A stretch of DNA of 63,905 nucleotides, the filler included, from Dugesia japonica (Eukaryota), in the NCBI GenBank assembly GCA_001938525.1. It is 6 parts of 6 records of this genome, joined end to end, with 100 filler letters (N's around TTAATTAATTAA, not from the genome) between each part and the next. Parts side by side here need not be neighbours in the genome. Positions count along the whole stretch, not along the records: positions 22,769 to 32,059 come from MQRL01626238.1; positions 32,160 to 41,957 come from MQRL01643562.1; 4 more parts are not named here. One strand, given 5' to 3'. Positions 23,987 through 34,697 of the stretch are shown piece after piece. Position 1 is the first letter of the stretch. Every line of letters starts with the position of its first letter. The translations under genes and the position numbers were made by a program. The notes under the pieces are model-generated. The model had not been told where the DNA came from. It saw only the letters and a list, made by a program, of their open reading frames with translations, and searched no databases.

Positions 23987-26739
23987 TGTTGGGGTGAAAC
24001 ACCCGCTAAACGGGAATAAGGTTGGAAAGCCGAATCAACAGAATAGAATAGCAGGACAACTATAGTCACCAATAATGAAATATAAGGCCTGAAATCACCA
24101 TTAAAAAAGAACGCAATAAAATCAAAGATGAATACGAAAAACCGGGTAACATGAAAGCAACTTACGATTGGAAATTAAGAAAAGTTAATTAATTAATAAT
24201 AAACAACCAAGAAAAGCAGTATGGAAATAATTAATTAACAAAAGAAAATTAATTAATTTTAAAAAATAAAAAGAAGCAAAATTAGATAAAAAATCTGTTT
24301 TACCCGAATAACGTAGTTCAGGAAAATAGGAGAGAATCCGGGTAAGGAAATACGGAAAGAAAATAATAAGACGCATCAAAATCGCCAAGAAGAAAAACCT
24401 TACCATCATCCCGAAGGGTGCTGCAAGGTCTTCAAGATCGGGCTAATAAGAGACCTGAAAATAAAAATAAAACAAAGACACAATTGTCATGTGTCAAGCC
24501 AAAAATAGACGCCAATGATAACTCCAAAATTTCGAAAACAATTTAGAAAATTGGCACCGGAACCAATAAGAAGTCTAAAAACTCATTTAAAAATAAACCA
24601 CAAATCGGAGAGAAGTTGGGGTGTGCAGAAAATCATATAAAAAGACCCTTAATTTTAGCAGAAACCACAACAAAAAAATTTATAAAACCACTAATTTCGT
24701 ATATTCATATACAGCTAAATTTCTACAGAGGCTTAATCGTGAATCATATCGGTCAACAGATATTCCGAGACATTAGCTGAATAATATTGGTTATCGTGCA
24801 TTAACCGTGATATCACAGAGGATCATTGTAACTTAAATTTTTCTGTTTGCATTGAGGGTAAATTTATTTCTTTCAAGAAACAGGAAAATACCGGAATTCC
24901 CAAGTCAGGAATCAAACCCAGGAATTGCCAAAACGTTATACATAAAAAACCCGTTGCAGGAATCTCTTAGTTTGTCCAAACGAAATAAAGAAGAAGTAAT
25001 TATTATTTTAATTGTGTTAAATTCGTGTTACATGAAAAGTTTATTATAATTTATTCTAATAAATTTAGCTGTTTTATATTGATATTATAAGGAAAATTTA
25101 TCTTGATTTATTAATAATTTCAGCTATGTTGGTTCGAGAAGAAAAAATTTAATCTAATTTATCGCAATAAATTTAGATATGCTAAAAACATCGTAATCTA
25201 CTATTTTAGTTATGAAAATAACTATCACCACGAAAGTCGATGGATAAATTTAGAACCAAAACATCATTAATTTGTTTTTACTTATGCATCTTTAAAAAAA
25301 CAAAAATGAAAATAGTTCGATCATGTCCCACATTAAAATAAATAAGTCCAATGATTTGGTCCAGCTAGAATTTACCGAGTAAACGATTACAAAAAGACAC
25401 AGCAACGGCTAGTATGAAAATCGAATCAGTAATAAATGTTTTGATGTCGATTCAAGTAGTAAATAGCTAGACAAAATAATTGAATACATAAAAAATAAAT
25501 ATATAAAAAAACCATTAGAATTATAACCTTTTTATTTTATCAAAATTAATTATCAATTACAACTCTGAAATGCAAATATCCACAGGAAGGGCCATGGTGG
25601 AAAATCAATAATTATATGTGCATATTTTTCCTTTCTAGTTAAATTCCATAGATCACGAAACTAAGAAACTAGCCTGCTACAGGAGGAAATTAATTATCTA
25701 ACTCCACAATTTTTTCAGTGAATCGAGCTACATAGATAAGTCCTCAAATTGCCTCCAATGTGTTGTTAGGGTCAGAATTTACATTATTAGGAGATATGTG
25801 TAGTTACCGTTATTTAATTCATCATCGAATTGATGCTGACCACTCACTAAACACACCAACACAACAATCGAAAAATCGATGACGTCAGTTAATTCCTAGC
25901 CCGTTGGTGACCTCGAGGCGTTGCCACTGGAGATAAAAATATTTCAAAATTTAAATAATATTGTTATCAATACAACAGTTATTGTATAGTACATGACTTT
26001 CAGGCGGGGTTTATAGGGACATTAATTAAATCTGACCTTCGATAAATTAAAATTATTTTCTTTTATGATAAAATAATAATTGATATCAAGCTCAAAGGAA
26101 GTGGGGATATAATTACAGAAAATAAGAAATAAGATATGATTCTTAAATTTTCTTCATCCCTCATCCTATGAACTTAACGAGCAAAATATGGAAAGTTTTT
26201 TTAAAAAAGTGTTTAGCGGATAAAACCTAAAGCAAAATCTAACAGTATGCAACAATTTATTTAAACCGATATATTTATCATGATTTAAATGTAGACAATA
26301 TCGTTGTTATAAAACGTTTTTCGACCAAATATCAAGTAGAGTTCAACAAAGTAATTATTGATAATTTTGATAAATATCCCTCTCTTAAACAAGAACGGGT
26401 CGCCACCGAGAACAGGTTAATTGAAATAATAAAGAATGAAAGGTGTTATGATATCAATAAATAAACACCTCGTTTTACCTTGTGAAGTAAAATGGGGGGT
26501 TCTTAATGTTGCAAAATTAAGAGATAAAATCGATCGGACGTAGAATTCTCCCATAAATGGTGGTTCCTGGATTTACTAGTGTTCCCCCGATTAAACTCAG
26601 TTACCAATGTTTTAGGGTACTTATCGGAGAATGTTTAAGTTGGATGGTAAACGAACTATAGAGACGTTTTACATTTTCATTCTTTTGGTTAAATAAAACA
26701 TTCTTTCATTCTGTTTCATTAGTCAGGCAACCAAACAGC

Positions 26740-26922
26740 ATGGCCAATCCTTTTACTAGAATATTAAAGCTAATTCGGGTTGAAAGACACAAATCTCGGA
26801 AAAGGTAGTTGCTATCTCACATTCTATCTCGCGGTGTGATCGAGCATCCCGACGAAACTGATCTCCAGTGTTTCGTCGAAATGTTCCCGATCCAGAATCG
26901 AGTAGATTTGGACGAGGAATGA
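26740..26922 (+). pseudogene. Cassette ORF A, copy 2
   Basis: MANPFTRILKLIRVERHKSRKR*LLSHILSRGVIEHPDETDLQCFVEMFPIQNRVDLDEE*; acceptor cattag at 26717-26722. Confidence 0.75.
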
Positions 26923-27126
26923 CAACGCGGAATAGGAATGAATTCGGGCGACATAGTTGCAGGCATAAATGTTTGAATTTTCACCGGTCCTTAATTACAA
27001 TTTTGCATGTGGTTTTACCGAGTAACAAATCTTGCAAAATAAATCGAATTGTTGTTATGGCTTGTGTTTAGTTATATAAATTAAGGTCTATTTGCCACAC
27101 TTCTGTTTTGCTACTCAAATAAAAAC

Positions 27127-27555
27127 CTGGAATACAAATTAGAAGTGAGCCTTGACACCCGTTCAGGTCGAACCGTGTTCCGGCGGTATCAAAATCCTTA
27201 TGATCGCCACGCCGGTGTGTTAATATACCGTTCCAATGTTCCTGTTGAACAATGCACAGCAGATCGGCAATGGGATGCAACTGAGAGGGCAGCCTATTAC
27301 AGTTGGTGTGGCCCGATGAGAGATAGAGTCGCCTTCTCACCGGCACCTCTTTCTTTTGAGCGATCCGCAGAGGTGCCACAAGTAGAACGAGTATGGCATG
27401 ATGGCCCATCGTTTATCGGTATCACCACGAATCGCTTACCCTCAACCTCGCAACTGTCTTCCTTAGTGCAAAATTATCTATGGGATGCCCGTAATGGTAT
27501 GGTCAGCAGTAATGATGAAAACTCTGGTGAAGAAGTCTCCGAGATATCGGTGTGA
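27127..27555 (+). pseudogene. Cassette ORF B, copy 2 (acceptor and start deleted, body open)
   Basis: SLDTRSGRTVFRRYQNPYDRHAG...LWDARNG; close to 38949 copy; AATAAA at 27569. Confidence 0.78.
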
Positions 27556-27702
27556 CCTATCTTATAGAAATAAAGTTTTGGCTAGGAATTTGTTCTCTCT
27601 GTCTTTTATTGTTTGATTGGTTAAAACCCTATTCAACTTTTGCTTTTTTGACTATAAACAGTTTTAATGAAATTCCGTAATTTTATTATGTTTATGTTAT
27701 AG

Positions 27703-27862
27703 TGCATTCCTCGCTAAACCGTCCATCGGCCTCTAATAAACAGATAAGAGAATCCAGTGAAGACACCGAAATGTCCTGGGAGTTATATCGACTAGTGAAA
27801 CATCGATTTGAGGCTGAGATAGCCACTGCCAACGCAAAAGTGAAGCGTTATGAGAATAAATG
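27703..27862 (+). pseudogene. Cassette ORF C, copy 2 (truncated)
   Basis: ttatag|TG CAT TCC..; HSSLNRPSASNKQIRESSEDTEMSWELYRL; homology stops after KC. Confidence 0.75.
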
Positions 27863-28800
27863 TGTAGTAAACTGGATGCCCTTAGCTATCTACATCTCCA
27901 CGCCAAACAAGCAAGAATTGAAGTAGAATCCGAAAATAAAAGACTCCAAACCATAGCAGCAAAAAGTCGAGCTCGTATGGGTCAACCAGCCAGAATATTA
28001 TCCAGAATAAACAATCCGAAGGAGAAAGACATTTTTTCTAGAGAACCCTCCAACTCCCCTTCTAGTATTCAACCCGAATATGAATTCCCAGCTTGCATAT
28101 TTAACGAACCTTACGATAGTGAGATACCTTCAGCATATAACGACATGTCCTGCCCACGATTCTTACTTACACAAAGATGACGGAGCATCTTTTCGTAGGG
28201 GGGTACATGTGTTGAGTTACACACAACATGCAAATACACAGTATGCAAATCAGTACACACATACATAACACACAGATAACAACGAATGCATCAAACAGAA
28301 CCAGATTCAAGTTGATCAATCTTCAAAGTCAAAGCAATCTCCCAAAGCAGAGTTGATTCAAACAAATTCAAATCCCAAACAGATCCAATTCAAAACAATT
28401 TGACTTATCCATTATCTGACATTATTTATTTGACTTATTAATATTCTATTTTCTGACATTGTTTATCTGAATTATTAATTCTGCTGAATTGAACATTTTA
28501 GTTTATAATTCATGAATTAAATAGTGTAGTCAGTTTTGTTTTTAATTCATTGAATTTATTTTATTTTAGTGTAAAATATTTTAAATTTATTTTTAGAAAG
28601 CAATTTATTTTTTGTGAAAATTTTTAAAGTTATTTTTGAAATACAATTAATTTTTGTAAAAAATATCTAAATGAATAAAATTTTATGGCAAATGTAAAGT
28701 TAAATTTTGAGAATTTTATTGTAGGTGTATCAAACCTACCTGTGTGAGATTAGTATAAATACTAATCAGTTTTTATTGTAAAGCAGACAATTCAATTACA
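27863..28800 (+). mobile_element. Probable nested LTR of another retroelement
   Basis: Begins TGTAGTAAAC exactly where ORF C homology breaks; candidate end TTACA at 28800; partner LTR not visible (gap). Confidence 0.45.
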
Positions 28801-29089
28801 GAAGGCTCCGAACTCTAAGTGAGGCAGTACTTCTGATAATTAAANNNNNNNNNNNNNNNNNNNNNNNNNNNNNNNNNNNNNNNNNNNNNNNNNNNNNNNN
28901 NNNNNNNNNNNNNNNNNNNNNNNNNNNNNNNNNNNNNNNNNNNNNNNNNNNNNNNNNNNNNNNNNNNNNNNNNNNNNNNNNNNNNNNNNNNNNNNNNNNN
29001 NNNNNNNNNNNNNNNNNNNNNNNNNTTTAACACCCATAAAATCTTAATTATATATTTTTACGAACCATAAAATCTTTTGTTGAGTTGTA

Positions 29090-29877
29090 ATACCCAACAT
29101 ATGTCTTCCCACCTGGTTTTGCAAATATGTTATTATCGTCACATCTAATTTTGTCAAAATTCCTTCTAATATGATTTTCTGATCCGCATGCGTAACAAAT
29201 TCTTTTCTTTTCCGTACAATTTCTGCTGATATGACCTATCTTCTCACATGACCAACATGTAATTTCTTTTTAAGCTTCATTTTGAGTTTCATTAACTCCT
29301 GAGAAACGTTTTTTTGCCATGCATATTTTTACTGCATTGCTGTTACTCTCCACCGTATTTATATTATCTGTTTCTTTCAGCTCCTTTAGTTCGTCATTTG
29401 CTTTTATTGTTTCAAATATCTCTTCTGAGTTAGCTAGTTTGCCTTCTTTAATCTTTATTTGCATCCTTTTGTCGCGCAACTATTCAATATTAATTCTTTT
29501 GTCATCTCTTCTTTGTCTAGCTTGTGTGCAAAGCTTTTATCGACCAGTGTTAAAATCCTTATCTTGTACACATAAACGTGTTCACCCGTTCTCTTTTAAA
29601 GCTTGCTCCAAGTCTTGTATTAGAGTAGTCTTTTGCGGAACACTTTTCTCAGTCGGTCCTCAAAATCTAATAATTCATCTTGGCACTCGTATGCTTCTCT
29701 TAATTCTCGATCAATTAAGCGAATCACTAAGAGGTTTTTATACTTTTCTTTACACCAATACATTCGAAGTTTTTGGTGCAACCATTGATAAACTGTTCAA
29801 TATCGTCACCATGCCAGTAAATTCCTGGGTGTAGTGCTTCTCGAATGAGGTCCATTGAAGTGTTGGTCGCCATGTTA
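29090..29877 (-). mobile_element. Gypsy gag remnant with two CCHC zinc knuckles and primer-binding site
   Basis: TAACA|TGGCGACC LTR-end/PBS at 29877-29865; CWSCEKIGHISRNC..CYACGSENHIRRN(F). Confidence 0.85.
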
Positions 29878-30089
29878 GTTACTGATAAACTTTCTGAAAA
29901 GTCCATTAAATTCAATAAATTTTTATTTATAACACAACATTTCAAATCTTCAAATCAAAAAAACTCATGTTTTTAAAACCTGAATATTTAAACAAACATT
30001 TTAAATATTTTAAAAAATTTTTGAAATCTTTTTTAACATTTTCTTCAAACTTTAAATTTTAATTTTAAATTTTTAATCCTTAGAGGTAT

Positions 30090-30640
30090 TTAGTAATAAT
30101 TCAGGTTGGCCGTCATCGAGCTGCATTTGGAAGAGACGCTGTTAAAGGGAACTTCTTCGAATTGAATTAACAATTTTAAATGCTTTTTCCATAACTTCTT
30201 TTGTGTTAGGCCTCTTACTGGCTAATAATTGCCGGTGAATTATGCAATGGTATCTCAAAAGACCTTGGAAGTCTCTTCATTTTGACATAGGGCTATAAAT
30301 CCATTTATGTGACCTATGATTGCAGCTGCGCCATCCATTGTTATTGAAATTAATTTAAAAAGTGGTACTTTCAAATCATTGAGCAAATTTTTAAAGGCTT
30401 TGAATATATCGACTTGAAACTTTACGTTTTCTCAATTCAGTATTTTGTGGATAATCTGTTTGATCCTTGTTATGTAAAGTTAAAAAAATGTTTCTCCAGA
30501 TTAGCTTTTTTATGGCTTTCGAGGTAAGGAATATTAAGCAACAACATTCATCATTTACCATCGTAAATAAGTAATCGAATTTCCATTCTTCACTGAAATG
30601 ATAATGTTTCGAATGTTTTGGTTTACTACTCATGTTCATA
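30090..30640 (-). mobile_element. hAT transposase remnant (GTF2IRD2/SPIN-like)
   Basis: HFSEEWKFDYLFT..CCCLI zinc-finger start; KLISITMDGAAAIIG catalytic-D region; deleted and frameshifted. Confidence 0.72.
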
Positions 30641-31715
30641 GGTATACTAAAATACAAAATAAATACTTATTACAATTTTATCTTCCCTTACTTATCTGAA
30701 AGGAATTAAATATTGAAAAAAAATAATAAATATTGAATTAAATATTTTCCAAGAAAATTGAAAACTCATGAACTGCTGTCATTAACTTCGTTAACGGCTT
30801 CAGCTTAGATGTCTGTGCCACAATTTAGTTTAAAGCATAAAGAAAANNNNNNNNNAATTTAAACAGAAGAAAAATTGAAATTTAACGTAGTCACCGTTGA
30901 TAGATAATATGGATTAAGAATAATAATAATATTGTTAATACTCAAGAAAAAAGCTACAGACACTACCAAATATTGACGTATCCATATTTATTTCAACACA
31001 CCACTGACTGTCTTTCTGAGTCATAACTGCATGTATACTGTTGGCGGATTGCGCGTTAATAGCTAATAATATTGCGCAATATTATTTTCAATGATACGAC
31101 TTAGGGACTTTACCTATTTCACTCGTAACCCGAGGGTTTTTGCGCGATCGACTTGTTAGCCGCTCCTGGTATATATCCTCACCTAAAAATGGTAATAAAG
31201 ACAATTCTGGACAGTCCGAGAATTAATAAATGCTACTTTGCGGGAAAAAAGAAGACAGATTGGGTCGGGATACTCAGAGATCGAAGCCACATCGAAGGAA
31301 TACAGCTAAACCAATGACAACAGGAAAAAGTTCAGCTGAGATAGTTGTTGGAAAAGAGACAATTAGTTATTCCGAAAGAAAACGGTAAAATTTATTCTTT
31401 AAATTAGAGATAGAGAAGACTCGAGAAAATAAAAGAAATAACATCCAAAAATTGAAAATCTAAGTCGAACAAAATAGAAAAGATATAAACATAAGCTTTT
31501 AAATATTTGTTTATATGTTTTTGAAATATATTTACATATTAAAAAACTTAATAAATTAATTTTCCAATGATTTTATGGTTTTATTTCCACTTAATTAAAA
31601 CAAAACTTTAAAAAAATGAAAACAAAACGGAAATTATTATTTGAAATATTCTGTGAACACAACTAAAAATATTGAATGTGATTTCATCTATAAAAGTTAA
31701 AAATATCCAATTTTT

Positions 31716-31945
31716 TCAACCTGGAATTCTGACAGCTTCAAACCATAATGATCCCGACATTTTAAGAGATCTACAAAAAAACGTATTTGAAATTTAAAAA
31801 TATTTCAACCATAAAAAACCTGATTATATCAGCAAAAGCATCCAAAAGTGATTTTTCAGTGTAGTTCAATCCATGAATTTTACAAAATTGTTGAATATTA
31901 GGTTTAATGAGATGGTAATTGTGCCTTGGCATATCAGGAAAAAGA
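31716..31945 (-). CDS. Front-end (delta-5/delta-6, FADS1/2-like) fatty acid desaturase, last two exons (31945-31820, 31770-31716)
   Basis: LFPDMPRHNYHLIKPNIQQFCKIHGLNYTEKSLLDAFADIIR|SLKMSGSLWFEAVRIPG*; 49-nt GT-AG intron; follows the QIEHH box as in vertebrate FADS2. Confidence 0.9.
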
Positions 31946-32593
31946 CTAAATATTATAATCACGTTAGGACAATCTAACTTGATTTTAATAATTTATGACA
32001 TTTATTTTTAGATATTTTCAATACACCATTAAATTACTTTCAAAATATCGAACTTGTTTNNNNNNNNNNNNNNNNNNNNNNNNNNNNNNNNNNNNNNNNN
32101 NNNTTAATTAATTAANNNNNNNNNNNNNNNNNNNNNNNNNNNNNNNNNNNNNNNNNNNNATTTTTACTAATTATTATGGTTATTAATAACATTTTTATTA
32201 TTATTAATATTATTCTTGATACTATCAATGAATATGATTCTTATTGATTTCCTCGTTATTCTCGTTATTATTTTAGCATTTTTATGGCATCGATCTCATC
32301 ATCTTTCACAAATAAAATCTATTCGTGACCTGCTCAGTGTTACAGTGATGAATTCCATTAAATTATAGTATCTGTACTAACATTATTATTACTTATATAA
32401 GTACGTGAGTTATGATCCAAACAAATGTTAAAATCGTAGTCTCCTCTTGGGTACCAATACTGGAATGCTATTATCATTTGATTTTTATTCCTTCTTTTCC
32501 TGCATTCGAGTAGTTGACTCCACGCCTAGTGTAAATTCCCTTTTACTATATGCCTGAATTTCATTAAATTTTCTTTGCTGATTCAGATTTTCC

Positions 32594-32785
32594 ATGTCCA
32601 ACGTTCTAATAAGAACCCTCGAACTAATCCAACAAGAACGAGAACGATCACGGAGGAAACAAATAATAGGACACATCTTGGCTCCTTCGCTAATTTTACA
32701 CCCCAATGAGACCGACATCATCTGTTTTGCAGAAAATTTCCCTCCATATAAATTCAACCAAGTCAATCTAGATCAAGGAAGCTGA
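32594..32785 (+). CDS. Cassette ORF A, copy 4 (intact 63 aa)
   Basis: MSNVLIRTLELIQQERERSRRKQ..HPNETDIICFAENFP; HPxETD..CF.E.FP shared with copies 2 and 5. Confidence 0.75.
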   Translation: MSNVLIRTLELIQQERERSRRKQIIGHILAPSLILHPNETDIICFAENFPPYKFNQVNLDQGS

Positions 32786-32906
32786 TATTTTCTTCAGTTT
32801 TATATCAATTATTAAATGCGTTTCTATAATTATCTCGCTTTTTCATATTTATTGAGTTATTTATCACTATTTAATCTAAATAAAAGTTTACTATAATTTT
32901 ACAGAG

Positions 32907-33320
32907 ATGGAATATAAGTGGGAAGTCGTCCTCGATCGGAGAACTGGCCGCACAATATTCAAACGCTATAAGAACCCCTACAATAGAGATTCGGGTGTTT
33001 TCGCAGAAGGTTCTAACTTGCCACATGAAGAAGCTGAGGAAAAAACACAGTGAAACGCCACCATGCGCCACGCCTTCTATGACTGCAAGGGGCATGATAG
33101 GGCACGAGCTGTTTATCATGCAAGTACGTCTACAAACACATATGCCAATGGTGAATCACATACTATCCGGACGTGACAGGAAGGCCCATCGGTTGTAGGT
33201 CTCACTACCAATCAGTTGGCTTCTTTCTTTAACCTAAACGCGTTTGTGCAGTATTCGTAACACAGATGAGGGTGGCAATAATGAAAATTCTGGTGAAGCG
33301 ATCGATAACGACTCAACTTG
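32907..33320 (+). pseudogene. Cassette ORF B, copy 4
   Basis: ttttacag|AG ATG GAA TAT AAG TGG; MEYKWEVVLDRRTGRTIFKRYKNPYNRDSG..; two TGA at conserved Trp. Confidence 0.75.
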
Positions 33321-33509
33321 ATTATTTAGCTTGTTGTCTTTGTGTAATTAGTAATAACAATTTTACCGTTGTAATTCATTAATTGATTCATATCTACCTA
33401 TTCACTTACTTTCTTCCTAATTATCATAATAGGGATTAATCGTTTCAAATAATAAGTTTTACTGATCTTTGATTTTCTGTAATTGATAATGAAAATTTTT
33501 TGTTTATAG

Positions 33510-33868
33510 TGCATTCGTCATTAAACCGATCAACAGCACCCACTAAAAAAGTGCGAGAAACGAGCGAAGACTCCGAAAGGTCTTGGGAACTTTATCGTTT
33601 GGCGAACAATAGATGGGAGGCTGATGTGCCTATCGCAAACCCTAAGGTGAAACACTATAAAGCTAAGTGCATTGCCTTTCAAAAAGAAACAGAGGCCTTC
33701 CACGCTCAGGAGTGACTCTGGAAGACCCAGTTAGAGTCCTTCGCAGAGATCATCCCGTCCCTCCATGACCGTGAAAATAAGCTGGTCTCAGATATTTTAA
33801 CTCTAAAGAAGTCCATGCCACTCGAGCTGCTGATGGTTGATAAGAATACGCAAATCTCACGGCCATAA
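33510..33868 (+). pseudogene. Cassette ORF C, copy 4 (one internal TGA)
   Basis: ttatag|TG CAT TCG; same length as and colinear with 9948-10306, through HDRENKLV..LMVDK. Confidence 0.78.
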
Positions 33869-34016
33869 TCTTGGTGATTGTTTTCACCTGTAAATATAAG
33901 TTTCCTTGATTGTGAATTGATTTGTTTTCAATTATCTATTTGATAACTATTCTTATTATTCGATTGAATTTAATTCACTCAATCTATTGTTAATCTAATA
34001 ATTATTATCTGTTTAG

Positions 34017-34377
34017 TGCCAAGTATTCTCTTACCCACCAATCTCCGGAGGTGCCACCGTCTCATTCAAAAATTGTTACTGGAATGCCACATTAAGCGTC
34101 AAAATGAAAGAGCCTTGTTACGACACCTGACACAACGCAACCGTTTAATTAAAAAGCTCGACTACATAGTAAAAAACAGAGCGAGTTGGCGTAACAGACT
34201 AAACAGGTTCTCCAGCACAAAATCGACTTCTTGCAACGCTACATAGCAGATCTATCTAGTCAATTAGGAAACGAGACACGGGTTCGTTGGGATGACAACG
34301 ATGATGATGCCGCGCTAACTTTTTTACCTGAAGAGCCTACCCAGTAGTTAGACCCGAGTGCTCTCGATGATATGTAA
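34017..34377 (+). pseudogene. Cassette ORF D, copy 4 (frameshifted)
   Basis: gtttag|TG CCA AGT; RRCHRLIQKLLLECHIKRQNERALLRHLTQRNRLIKKLD; ends PTQ*LDPSALDDM*; AATAAA at 34388. Confidence 0.75.
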
Positions 34378-34651
34378 TTTCAAACCGAATAAAATTTAGT
34401 TTTAATAGTTTATTAATTGATTTTAGCTAATTTTAAACAAAGGAAAATATTGAACCTGAACCAAAGGTACACGTGTGTGCACCTCAAATGAGTGTTGGAG
34501 GTCAACCACTCTTAACTTAAAATCTAAATAGGGACTTTAGATTAAATTCTTGAACGGGTCCCCCGAGGCCTGTTTTTTTCCTAGCCATGTTTTTCTACCA
34601 CAAACTCAGGTGGAACCCCAACAAGACTAAATAATCTCAGTTTTCAATTTT

Positions 34652-34697
34652 CTGATGATGACACCAAGTTGCTCTGTCGAGATATATCACAATAAAG
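34652..34697 (+). ncRNA. Degenerate minimal hammerhead ribozyme core (Penelope-like element remnant)
   Basis: CTGATGA-TGAC..GTC-GAGA (GAAA mutated) followed by AATAAA. Confidence 0.35.

Larger units (their letters stand above)
23987..27862 (+). mobile_element. Giant LTR-like unit, copy 2 (interrupted in ORF C)
   Basis: TGTTGGGGTGAAACACCC start, TATA at 24636, ORFs A, B and C in the same order as copy 1. Confidence 0.85.
32160..34623 (+). mobile_element. Giant LTR-like unit, copy 4 (3' part with ORFs A-D)
   Basis: ORF order A-B-C-D; terminal ~180 bp homologous to 10900-11076; ends CCCCAACA. Confidence 0.86.
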
